DNA from: a virus
Lineage: Duplodnaviria; Heunggongvirae; Uroviricota; Caudoviricetes
Length of the DNA stretch: 64,000 bases
Virus record (IMG/VR): IMGVR_UViG_3300014204_000115
Location: 51,637 to 115,636 of that record
Reading direction: 5' to 3' (one strand)
The notes beneath the pieces were generated by a model, which saw only the letters and a program-made list of their open reading frames with translations, ran no database searches and was not told the origin of the DNA. The translations under genes and the position numbers were made by a program. This document shows positions 55,423 to 64,000 of this stretch, piece by piece. Positions within the stretch are counted from its first letter, which is position 1. Every line of letters starts with the position of its first letter.

Positions 55423-56664
55423 ATGGATATTTCACTTACAAACGATCAACAGTTTGTATTTGAAAAGATCATGGGGAGACTTGGTTATAAACAATCTTCA
55501 ACCAAGTTCTCCCCAGATTTTAAATACATTACAGTTGGTGGATATGCAGGAACAGGTAAAACATTTTTAATTTCAATAATTAGGAAAGAAATTTTTAATC
55601 ATAATAAATCATTAAGTGTAGCATTTGTTACTTTTACTGGAAAAGCTAGTAGTGTTTTAAAAATAAAATTAACTGAAAATGATTCTGTTTTTAATCATGA
55701 TTATTGTGGAACTATTCATTCATTGATTTATAAACCAGAATTAAAATATGATAAAAATTTAAAAAGAATGGTTGTTTTTAAATGGATCAAAAAAGAAAAA
55801 TTAGATTTTGATTTGATTTTTTTAGATGAAGCATCTATGGTTAATAAACAGTTATGGGAAGATTTAATTGGTTATAAAATTCCAATTATAGCTGTAGGAG
55901 ACCATGGACAATTACCACCCGTTGGAGATCAATTTAACTTAATTGAGAATCCACTTTATAAATTAACTGAAATAAAAAGACAAGCTTTAGATAATCCAAT
56001 TATTAGATTAAGTCAAGATGTTAGGACAGGAAAAGAAATTCAATATGGTTTTTATGATAATAATAACAAGAATGTTTTTAAATTATCATGGAATTCAATT
56101 GAATGTAAAAATATTTTTAATAATTTAAATTATTTAGATGATGATATGATAATTTTATGTGGTTTAAATAAAACAAGAGCATCTATAAATAAAATGATTC
56201 GACAAAAATTATGTTTTAATAATGTTGAACCTTATCCTGGAGAAAGAGTTGTATTTTTAAAAAATAATTATGAGTCTGGTGTTTTAAATGGGATTTTAGG
56301 AAAAGTTTTATTTTTTACATATGAAGCAAAAAGTATTTATAATTTATCAGTTTTAATAGATGGATATAAAGATCCATATTCAGGTTTAGTTTCTGATATA
56401 TGTTTTGGTAAAGAACAGTATGATGTAATGATTGATTTTCATGATAAGAAAATTAAAAAAGTAATTAAAAATTCAAAGTTTGGTACAATTGATTTATGTG
56501 ATTGGGGATATTCTATTTCAACTCATAAAAGTCAAGGCAGTGAATTTAAAAAAGTTGTATGTTTTGTAGAAAGATCATATTACTGGGATGATGAATATAT
56601 GAAAAAATGGTTATATACTGCAGTAACTAGAGCAAAGGAAAAATTATTTATTATTACACCTTAG
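55423..56664 (+). CDS. dda: SF1B helicase, Dda/RecD-like
   Basis: GYAGTGKT, FLDEASMV, VGDHGQLPPV, STHKSQGSEF, LYTAVTRAK. Confidence 0.9.
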   Translation: MDISLTNDQQFVFEKIMGRLGYKQSSTKFSPDFKYITVGGYAGTGKTFLISIIRKEIFNHNKSLSVAFVTFTGKASSVLKIKLTENDSVFNHDYCGTIHSLIYKPELKYDKNLKRMVVFKWIKKEKLDFDLIFLDEASMVNKQLWEDLIGYKIPIIAVGDHGQLPPVGDQFNLIENPLYKLTEIKRQALDNPIIRLSQDVRTGKEIQYGFYDNNNKNVFKLSWNSIECKNIFNNLNYLDDDMIILCGLNKTRASINKMIRQKLCFNNVEPYPGERVVFLKNNYESGVLNGILGKVLFFTYEAKSIYNLSVLIDGYKDPYSGLVSDICFGKEQYDVMIDFHDKKIKKVIKNSKFGTIDLCDWGYSISTHKSQGSEFKKVVCFVERSYYWDDEYMKKWLYTAVTRAKEKLFIITP

Positions 56665-56674
56665 AAAGGAATTT

Positions 56675-56875
56675 ATGAAAGAGTTTAAAGTTGTTCGAAA
56701 TTGTGAATTTATAATGGTAGCAATTGTTATGATTTTAGCTGCAATTTTCTTTAACTGGAAATTATCAATAATTTTGTTTTTAACTATTTTTGCATCTAAT
56801 ATTTCTAGTTCTAGAATTAGACTACAAGAAAAACTAAGATATAAAATATGGCCATTTTCAGGATTTAAAAAATGA
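56675..56875 (+). CDS. small membrane protein
   Basis: two hydrophobic helices. Confidence 0.6.
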   Translation: MKEFKVVRNCEFIMVAIVMILAAIFFNWKLSIILFLTIFASNISSSRIRLQEKLRYKIWPFSGFKK

Positions 56876-57249
56876 AGAAAATAATTGATATAAAATATTT
56901 AGGAATTCCAAATATATGTTTTTCTTTAACAGACCCAAATGATTCTAGAGAGAAAGGTTATTCCAAACAAAGAAAAGAAAGAGGATTCGATAATAGTGAA
57001 TTATGGTCTTTGGATTCTACAATAACAAAATTTATTTTACCTAGATTAAAAGTTTTTAGAGAAATTCAAGCGGGTCATCCTGGTTGTGTAAAAAATGAAA
57101 AAGAATGGAATAAAATATTAGATAAAATAATTAAAGCATTTGAAATAGCTGATTCATCTATCTCAGGTTTAATTAGTGATGAAGAATATAAAGATTGGAA
57201 AAAAGGAATGAATCTTTTTGTAAAATATTATTTTTGTTTATGGATTTAA
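56872..57249 (+). CDS. hypothetical phage protein
   Basis: 125 aa; ELWSLD..ILPRLKVF..EWNKILDKII.AFE. Confidence 0.7.
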   Translation: MKKIIDIKYLGIPNICFSLTDPNDSREKGYSKQRKERGFDNSELWSLDSTITKFILPRLKVFREIQAGHPGCVKNEKEWNKILDKIIKAFEIADSSISGLISDEEYKDWKKGMNLFVKYYFCLWI

Positions 57250-57251
57250 AA

Positions 57252-57731
57252 ATGAGAGAAACAATAATTTGTAGATTATCATGGTTGTTACTTTTTTCAT
57301 TTCATCTAACTGCACCAATTATTTTATTTTTAAAATATGGTGATATTGATTTTAGTATTGGTATTTTTTCTCTTTCCTTTCTTTTATTACCATTCTCTAT
57401 CTATATAAGTATGATTTTTTATACATTTTTTATTGAATTTTATTTCTCAACATGTAAACATTCTTTTAAAGAAATTGAAGATGATATAAAATGTTCTAAA
57501 TGTGGAGTTATATCTAGAAATCCTCATCATAATGATTGGTGGTGTAAACATAATTTTATAACTAAAAAAGATTTATGTTATTCTTTTTGTACCAACTGCG
57601 GAAGATTGGTAACTTCTCATTTATGGGGAATAAGAGGAAGTGGACACTTTCCAAGTAATATTTTTTCTCCTATGTATATAGAATCATGTAAAAGATGTGG
57701 TGTTCGTAAACATTTTCGTAAATTTTATTAA
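57252..57731 (+). CDS. membrane protein with C-terminal Cys/His (Zn-binding) motifs
   Basis: two TM helices, then CKHSF..CSKCG, CKHNF..CTNCG, CKRCG; track ORF starts at 57195. Confidence 0.65.
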   Translation: MRETIICRLSWLLLFSFHLTAPIILFLKYGDIDFSIGIFSLSFLLLPFSIYISMIFYTFFIEFYFSTCKHSFKEIEDDIKCSKCGVISRNPHHNDWWCKHNFITKKDLCYSFCTNCGRLVTSHLWGIRGSGHFPSNIFSPMYIESCKRCGVRKHFRKFY

Positions 57732-57739
57732 GGAGAAAT

Positions 57740-58885
57740 ATGACAACAATAGAAGAAGCAGCTAAAATTTTAGATACTAAAATTGAAAGTTTAGATAAAT
57801 TTAAAGTAGTTGATGATTTTAATGATAATATTTTAGAAGGTTTTCTGTGTAGAGAACCAAATCATAAATATGGCGCTTTATTTTTAACAAGAGTAAATGA
57901 TGAATATTGTAAACAATTAATATATTGTACACCAAAATTAGAATATCCTTTTGACAGAAAAGGCGAATATCATTTTCCAGAATGTAAAGAAATTCAATTT
58001 TATGAAAAAGTAGATGGTACAAATATTTTTTCATATCATTATTATTACAAAGATGTTGAATATATAACTTTTAAAACAAGATTGACCCCAGTTGTAAAAG
58101 ATCAAAAGTTTGGAACTTTCAAATCAATGTGGAAAGAGTATTTAAAAGAAAATGATTGGGCTATGCAAGTTATAAAAGATAATCCACTTTTTAATTTATC
58201 ATTTGAACTATTTGGTTTAAGAAATCCAATAACAATTCAATATGATGAGTTGTTAGAAGTTAATTTATTATTTGGCGTAAAAAGAGGAAGTTCAATTATT
58301 AAACCACCAAATGAATTAAATATTTCAGATAAAGTAAAGATACCAATGAATTATACAATGGTTGGTGATGACAATTTATCTGATTTAGTTGAAAGATATA
58401 ATAAACATAGAGAACATATGTCAATAAAAAATAAAGAAAAATTAACCATTGAAGGAATGGTGCAGTATTGTCATGTGGGTTTACCAAGTTGGAAAATGTT
58501 TAAATGTAAACCAGAAGAAATAGAAAAAATACATTGGACTGCTTCTGGATATATACCAAACCTGTCCTTATTTAATACTGCATTAAATGTTTTTGAAAGT
58601 TATGATAATCCAACAATTAATGATTTTGTAGAATTGTTAAAAGAAGAATATCCAGATACAATTATAATAAAATCTTTACCAAGAATTCAAAATAATTGGG
58701 AAAAGGCTGTAAATAGAATTGAGTTTACACAAACTGTAAATGAAATTTGGATGTTGGCTAAAAAAGAAGGACTTGATATTACAAAAGATAAAAATGAAAC
58801 AATGAGATTTATTTCAAAATATTTTCCAAAAAATATTATGAATAAAGTAGGAGGAACGGTTTTAAGATTAGCTGGATTATTATAA
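57740..58885 (+). CDS. ATP-dependent RNA ligase (Rnl-like)
   Basis: TPKL, motif I EKVDGT, FELFG, EGMV, KCK. Confidence 0.8.
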   Translation: MTTIEEAAKILDTKIESLDKFKVVDDFNDNILEGFLCREPNHKYGALFLTRVNDEYCKQLIYCTPKLEYPFDRKGEYHFPECKEIQFYEKVDGTNIFSYHYYYKDVEYITFKTRLTPVVKDQKFGTFKSMWKEYLKENDWAMQVIKDNPLFNLSFELFGLRNPITIQYDELLEVNLLFGVKRGSSIIKPPNELNISDKVKIPMNYTMVGDDNLSDLVERYNKHREHMSIKNKEKLTIEGMVQYCHVGLPSWKMFKCKPEEIEKIHWTASGYIPNLSLFNTALNVFESYDNPTINDFVELLKEEYPDTIIIKSLPRIQNNWEKAVNRIEFTQTVNEIWMLAKKEGLDITKDKNETMRFISKYFPKNIMNKVGGTVLRLAGLL

Positions 58886-58900
58886 AAATAATGGAGAATA

Positions 58901-59401
58901 ATGATGAAAGTTAACAAATTTAGAGCTAAAATGCAAGATGAAAATTATAAAGGATTTTTCGCTTATAGTATATATCCAAGTGTATCATGGTTTACAAAAG
59001 ATCATATTCTTTATCCAGGTAAAATAGATTATGATACAGTTGGACAATATATTGGAATTTCAGATAAATATAAACAGGATATATTTGAAGATGATATTAT
59101 AGAAGAAGGATTAATAGGTGAAATAATATGGGATGGAAATGGTATTATTGAACTACTTCCTAATGGTTTAGTTATCATGTCACCTCTTCATACAAACTTA
59201 AAACAATTATCAACAGGTTTGGTAAAACTAATAGGTGAAGGAGTTGATAGTGTTTTGGATAGAATTGCAACACCTGGTTATTCAGAACTTAATTTAAATT
59301 GTTATGATGGTTTATTTTGGTGGTGTGAGGATATTAAGATAATAGGGAATAAATATCAAAATCCTGAATTAATAAATACAGGAGCAAAACTCAATGTGTA
59401 A
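58901..59401 (+). CDS. YopX-family protein
   Basis: KFRA, TVGQYIG.SDK...IFEDDI, IIGNKYQNPEL. Confidence 0.8.
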   Translation: MMKVNKFRAKMQDENYKGFFAYSIYPSVSWFTKDHILYPGKIDYDTVGQYIGISDKYKQDIFEDDIIEEGLIGEIIWDGNGIIELLPNGLVIMSPLHTNLKQLSTGLVKLIGEGVDSVLDRIATPGYSELNLNCYDGLFWWCEDIKIIGNKYQNPELINTGAKLNV

Positions 59402-59783
59402 TTATTTACATGAAGATTCAAAACCAATTGATGAAGATGGAATTGGATATAAAGTATTTTCAAAAATTTATGGTGAATATAAAACAGCATTTTTAGCAAA
59501 TGATTATCTAAATATTTATAGTGAAATAGTTGATCCTAGAAAAGAAAAAATAATCTGGAATAATGATAAATATGAGGATACAGGATTTTGTTTCTTTATA
59601 AGTAAAGAAGAAGCTCTTAGGTTTTTAAATAATCCAAATACTATATCAAGATATTTTGTACTTGCAGAAATAAAATATAATAAAGGATTGGGTAAGCATC
59701 AAGAAGATAGAATACAAGCTTCAGAAAGATATGAAACAGGTCTTTGTAAAGAATTTATAGTTTCAAAAGAAATTTCTTATTAA
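59394..59783 (+). CDS. hypothetical protein
   Basis: 129 aa ORF. Confidence 0.65.
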   Translation: MCNYLHEDSKPIDEDGIGYKVFSKIYGEYKTAFLANDYLNIYSEIVDPRKEKIIWNNDKYEDTGFCFFISKEEALRFLNNPNTISRYFVLAEIKYNKGLGKHQEDRIQASERYETGLCKEFIVSKEISY

Positions 59784-59793
59784 GAAATTTCTT

Positions 59794-59823
59794 AAAAAAT
59801 GGGAACTTTTGTTCCCATTTTTT
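59794..59823. terminator. intrinsic terminator
   Basis: AAAAAATGGGAAC-TTTT-GTTCCCATTTTTT. Confidence 0.8.
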
Positions 59824-59882
59824 TGTTAGAATTTTTTTTGTTTGTATAGAACAAAAAAATAAAAAGAGAAAGGAATGATTAT

Positions 59883-60140
59883 ATGGCAATAGAAATGAGT
59901 TTTTCTCAATGTCCACAATGCGGTTTATCTCATCCCCCAATAGCTTCTGGTGCTAGGTGTCCTATGGCGAAAGAAAAAGCTCCATCTGGAGACGTTATAG
60001 ACTATAATGCTTTTTTTAAATCTTTAAGAGATATTCTAACTAGTCAAATTCATAGTAAAAATATTAAAGATACTAAAAAATTTTTAGGGAACATATTAGT
60101 GAGGATAACGAAAATATCGGAGGAATATAAAGAAAATTAA
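59883..60140 (+). CDS. small Cys/His-motif protein
   Basis: CPQCGLSHP..CP; SD AAGGA and class II motif upstream. Confidence 0.65.
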   Translation: MAIEMSFSQCPQCGLSHPPIASGARCPMAKEKAPSGDVIDYNAFFKSLRDILTSQIHSKNIKDTKKFLGNILVRITKISEEYKEN

Positions 60141-60526
60141 TGACTTCAAAAAAAGATTTAATAAAATCTAAATTAGAAGAGTACGGAATTGAAGTTTATA
60201 AAGATTTTCAATTTAAAGATGAAGATATAATTATGTCTGAAAATATGACTATATCATGTAAAAATAATGATTTATTTATAAATTTTCATGTTGTTACAAA
60301 ACCATCTCATTCTGCTAGAATAATTTTAATTCTAAAAGATATTAAGGGAATTGAAAATTTTACTGTTGGAAACGATTATTTATTTGATGAAACAGGTAAA
60401 TTTATAGATGGAGAAGAGGCTTATAAATATCATGAAGATATTTTAAAAAAAACAACAATTTCTAAATTTATGGATGAACAATCACAACTTTATTATTTAA
60501 ATAATGCAAAACCATATCATTGTTAG
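60140..60526 (+). CDS. hypothetical protein
   Basis: 128 aa ORF in operon. Confidence 0.65.
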   Translation: MTSKKDLIKSKLEEYGIEVYKDFQFKDEDIIMSENMTISCKNNDLFINFHVVTKPSHSARIILILKDIKGIENFTVGNDYLFDETGKFIDGEEAYKYHEDILKKTTISKFMDEQSQLYYLNNAKPYHC

Positions 60527-60534
60527 GAGACTAT

Positions 60535-61518
60535 ATGAAAATTGAGAATTCATTGTGGGTGGAAAAATATAGACCTAAAAAAATAAAAGATTTGATACTA
60601 CCAGAAAATTATAGAAAAGATTTTGAATCTTGTATCCAAAGAAAAGAAATATCTCATTTATTATTAAGTGGATCACCAGGAAGCGGTAAAACTGCTTTAA
60701 CTAGAATTATTTGCTCTGATGAAGGAATTATTTTAAACAGAGAAGATAATGTATTAGAAGTAAATGGATCTGCAAAAGAGACTAGAAGTATTACATATGT
60801 AAATGATGTTATTGAACCATATTTAAAAATTCCTCAAGGTAGACCTGATAAATATAAAATTGTTTTTATTGATGAAGCTGACTTCTTAACTGATGCATCA
60901 TTTTCCTCTATGAGAAATATAATGGAAAAATATTCAGCTCATGCAAGATTTATTTTTACATGTAATTATATATCTAAAATACCAGAAGCAATTCAATCTA
61001 GATGTCAACATTATATTTTTAAACAGATGCCTGTTGAATTTGTTTTAGATTATTGTAAAAATATTTTAACAAAAGAAGAAATAACTTTTGAAGAAAAAGA
61101 TTTAAAATTTATAATCGATACTTTATATCCAGATATTAGAAGAATTGTTAACTCAATTCAAAAGTGTTCATTGACTGGAAAATTAAACTCTGATAGAAAT
61201 GTATCTTTATCAACTGAAAAAGTAATTATCAGTAATATTGTTGAAATTATAAGTTTCATACAAAATAGTGAAGATCATAAAATAAATGCGGTTATAAATA
61301 ATCTAGTAAAGGTTTTAGGAGATTTAGATTTAGATTTTAGAGCAATATATTCTGATTTATTTTTTAGAGATAATGTTCCAACTACTGCTAAAATTATTAT
61401 TAATAAGTATAGTAATAGTCATGCAGATTGTCTATTACCAAATATGCATTTTCTTGGAATGTTGTTTGAAGTAATTCAAGCTTTACAGAAGTATAAATCA
61501 TTAATAGGAAAAAAGTAA
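60535..61518 (+). CDS. sliding-clamp loader ATPase subunit (T4 gp44/RFC-like)
   Basis: WVEKYRP, GSPGSGKT, FIDEAD, FTCNY, IQSRC; SD AGGAG supports start at 60535. Confidence 0.92.
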   Translation: MKIENSLWVEKYRPKKIKDLILPENYRKDFESCIQRKEISHLLLSGSPGSGKTALTRIICSDEGIILNREDNVLEVNGSAKETRSITYVNDVIEPYLKIPQGRPDKYKIVFIDEADFLTDASFSSMRNIMEKYSAHARFIFTCNYISKIPEAIQSRCQHYIFKQMPVEFVLDYCKNILTKEEITFEEKDLKFIIDTLYPDIRRIVNSIQKCSLTGKLNSDRNVSLSTEKVIISNIVEIISFIQNSEDHKINAVINNLVKVLGDLDLDFRAIYSDLFFRDNVPTTAKIIINKYSNSHADCLLPNMHFLGMLFEVIQALQKYKSLIGKK

Positions 61519-61862
61519 TGAAATTATCAGATTTTCAAATTGAATCAAGAACAAAACTTAGATCATATATTATTTCTCATTTTTCTGATTCATATTTAAA
61601 AAAACATGAATGTATAATTTGTCATGGAACCGGTCTTGATAAGGTTTACAAAACCCTTGGGGGAAGTTATTGTGGAGATTTAGATTCATATTGTTTTAAA
61701 TGTAATGGTATTGGATATATAGATTTGGAAATTAATGGAATGTTGAAATGTTTTAAATGTAATGGTTCTGGTCGAATTAGTGATTCTTTTGGAAATCCTT
61801 TTTGTAATCTTTGTAAAGGTACAGGATTAATTAATTGGCTTGAAAATGTTTTAGGAGATTAA
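61518..61862 (+). CDS. DnaJ-type zinc-finger protein
   Basis: four CxxCxGxG units, ends LCKGTGLINWLENVLG. Confidence 0.75.
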   Translation: MKLSDFQIESRTKLRSYIISHFSDSYLKKHECIICHGTGLDKVYKTLGGSYCGDLDSYCFKCNGIGYIDLEINGMLKCFKCNGSGRISDSFGNPFCNLCKGTGLINWLENVLGD

Positions 61863-61863
61863 A

Positions 61864-62202
61864 ATGTTTTTAGAAACAAATCAAGCTTCAACTGTAATTA
61901 GAATTAGAGATTTTATAGAAAAAAATAATTCTAAAAAAGAAATAAATAAATTTAAATGTAAGATATGTGGTGGAACAGGATTAAGAGATTATCAAAAAAT
62001 GTCAGATGAATCTGGATATTTTTGGCCTGGAGAATATTGTAATACATGTAATGGAATTGGATATATAAATGTTAATAAAATTAATTCAGAATTTTTTTAT
62101 TGTTACAAATGTAAAGGAAAGTGCTTTGATGATAAAATGAATGAATGTTCTTTTTGTAAAGGAACAGGATTTATTAATTGGATAAAGAATGTAATAGGAT
62201 AA
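61864..62202 (+). CDS. DnaJ-type zinc-finger protein
   Basis: four CxxCxG units, ends FCKGTGFINWIKNVIG. Confidence 0.75.
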   Translation: MFLETNQASTVIRIRDFIEKNNSKKEINKFKCKICGGTGLRDYQKMSDESGYFWPGEYCNTCNGIGYINVNKINSEFFYCYKCKGKCFDDKMNECSFCKGTGFINWIKNVIG

Positions 62203-62203
62203 T

Positions 62204-63184
62204 ATGATAGGAATATATCAAGATTCATTTTTAAATTATTTAAAAGAATTTCTTGGAGATCCAATAAAAGTTTCAAGTAAAAATATAATTTGCAGATGTC
62301 CATATTGTGAATTTAATGAAAGAAAAACACACTATCATCTATATATTTCTACAGAAGCACCAATGTTTCATTGTTTTCATTCTGATTGCAATAAATCTGG
62401 TTCTATAGCTAAACTTTGTAATAAATTAGAGGGTAGAGATACATCTGAGAAATATATTGATAAAGAAAAAATTAAAGAAAAAGAAAATACTAATGTTAAA
62501 TTTAGTTTACCACTACAAAAAAATAAGTTAATAATTCCAGAATTAAATGAAGATCAATTCAAACTAAAAACATTATATTTAAAAGGAAGATTAAAATATT
62601 CAGTTCATAATTTAAAAAATGTTAAAGGTTTAATATTTGATTCTGATAAATTTATATTAGAGAATAAGATACCTATAAATGATAGATTATTAAAAGTTAA
62701 AGATTTCTTACAATCAAATTTTATAGGATTTTTAACAGAAAAAGAATCATTAGTAGTTTTTAGAAATATAGATAGTTCGTCAGATTTTAGATTTTTTAAA
62801 TTATTTATAGATCAAACAAGATATTTAGATTATTATAAACTTCCTGGTGGTAATTATAACTCAAACCATGTAGTTATAGGAGAAGGAATATTTGATATTT
62901 ATAATGAACAAATATTTGACTATACTTCATTAAGGAATAACACAAAATTATATGCAGCAGGATTATCTACTTCATATGAATCTTTAATTAAAAGTTTAGT
63001 TTTCAATGAAAAATTATATAGGATAAATGTTTCTATTTTATCTGATAGAGGTATTGATTTAAATTACTATAAAAAAATTAAAAGAAATAATTCTCATATT
63101 ATTGATATTATGAATATTTACTATAATAAAGATGCAAAAGATTTCGCAGATGGATCAGTATCTGTAGAAAAATTTATTTTATAA
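62204..63184 (+). CDS. DNA primase (T4 gp61/DnaG-like)
   Basis: Zn-binding CPYC..HLYI..FHCFHSDC; TOPRIM VIGEGIFD, SDRG, KDFAD. Confidence 0.8.
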   Translation: MIGIYQDSFLNYLKEFLGDPIKVSSKNIICRCPYCEFNERKTHYHLYISTEAPMFHCFHSDCNKSGSIAKLCNKLEGRDTSEKYIDKEKIKEKENTNVKFSLPLQKNKLIIPELNEDQFKLKTLYLKGRLKYSVHNLKNVKGLIFDSDKFILENKIPINDRLLKVKDFLQSNFIGFLTEKESLVVFRNIDSSSDFRFFKLFIDQTRYLDYYKLPGGNYNSNHVVIGEGIFDIYNEQIFDYTSLRNNTKLYAAGLSTSYESLIKSLVFNEKLYRINVSILSDRGIDLNYYKKIKRNNSHIIDIMNIYYNKDAKDFADGSVSVEKFIL

Positions 63185-63207
63185 AATTAAGACTGGAGAA
63201 AATAAAA

Positions 63208-63618
63208 TTGAATAACATTCATCCAAAAGATCGAATTAGACAAATCTTTGAAAGCACAATTGATTCAGGATTAACACACACCGGAAATATTGACGAAATT
63301 GACTTCTATTCTTTATTGTGTAAATCTACTTCTAACAATCAATTATATAAGATTTTTAGCTGTAATTTAATAATGTTTAAATATACTTATGAGAATGAAG
63401 ATTCAATTTTAATAATTTTTTCAATTCCAGCTTCTCTAAATACAGAAAGTATAAGTGTAAATCAACAAGATAATAAACATATTTCTGAAAGAATAATGGA
63501 TATTTTAAAAATTGTAGAAGAGTGTTTTATAACAGTTGATTATATGGATTTAAAAAATATTAAAGAAGAAAAATTTTTGTATATGGTTATTGTTAAGAAA
63601 TTAAAGGATAATGAATGA
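63208..63618 (+). CDS. hypothetical protein
   Basis: 136 aa, TTG start, SD GGAG. Confidence 0.6.
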   Translation: MNNIHPKDRIRQIFESTIDSGLTHTGNIDEIDFYSLLCKSTSNNQLYKIFSCNLIMFKYTYENEDSILIIFSIPASLNTESISVNQQDNKHISERIMDILKIVEECFITVDYMDLKNIKEEKFLYMVIVKKLKDNE

Positions 63619-63995
63619 ATTATACAGAAAGATTAAAAATATCAGTTGACGGAGATGAAATAACTGATTTTTATTCAAAATCAAAAGTATTTATAGCTAG
63701 AGGATATAAAAGAATAGTTATTGGAGAAAGAGGACCGTATATTGAATTTGAAAGAAAAAACTTTTCTTCAGAATCAAATTTAATTATTCCTTTAACTGAA
63801 TCATGGAGAACTAAGTCAAAAAATGTATATTATGTTGAATGGAGAGCTTGTCCTAATTTAGATAATATAAAAGTTTATTTTCAAAAACGAGTAGTTGATT
63901 ATGCAGATTATAAAATTGGAAAATTTTATATTTCTCCATTTGATTTATATGTAAATAAAAAACCCGTGATTTCTAAAAAAGTAAAGGGAACATAA
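63615..63995 (+). CDS. hypothetical phage protein
   Basis: 126 aa; RIVIGERGPYIEF..YFQKRVVDYADYKIGKFYISP. Confidence 0.7.
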   Translation: MNYTERLKISVDGDEITDFYSKSKVFIARGYKRIVIGERGPYIEFERKNFSSESNLIIPLTESWRTKSKNVYYVEWRACPNLDNIKVYFQKRVVDYADYKIGKFYISPFDLYVNKKPVISKKVKGT

Positions 63996-64000
63996 TAATG

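Noticed and set aside
1-64000. TAG stop-codon reassignment (code 15), suggested by the CUA tRNA
   Set aside because: Genes are full length and tightly packed in code 11, and TAG terminates many genes right before the next SD or start.
1-64000. CRISPR array, integrase or IS transposase
   Set aside because: No regularly spaced repeat-spacer run and no recognisable recombinase or transposase motifs.

Overview
Very AT-rich, densely coding 64 kb segment of a large tailed bacteriophage, probably with a contractile tail, read in standard code 11. It has a T4-like replication set: DnaB/gp41 helicase, family-B DNA polymerase fused to an N-terminal family-4 uracil-DNA glycosylase, clamp loader, primase and Dda-like helicase. 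It carries nucleotide-metabolism genes (ThyX, dCMP deaminase, MazG, Nudix), a scattered 7-deazaguanine DNA-modification set (TGT/DpdA-like, QueE, C-terminally truncated QueC) and translation-related genes (bS21, GroES, Pth2-like protein, HslV-like protease, amber-suppressor tRNA). A ~21 kb island holds ~11 glycosyltransferases with sugar amino-, acetyl- and methyltransferases and surrounds a PAAR spike gene. Other genes include an actin-like ATPase, a LigD-type primase-polymerase, an RNA ligase and a lytic transglycosylase. Bases 1-54 kb are mostly minus-strand, with GC-richer plus-strand islets; 54.5-64 kb is plus-strand. Two recurring upstream motifs (CTACATATATTAAT and WWGAACAWA) appear to divide genes into two regulons. 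Best leads: (1) an amber-interrupted leader ORF lying over an anti-SD hairpin upstream of the Pth2 and suppressor-tRNA genes; (2) the glycosylation island; (3) three structured ncRNA candidates at 28.6-30.5 kb. All protein calls come from motif recognition by eye; no database search was run.
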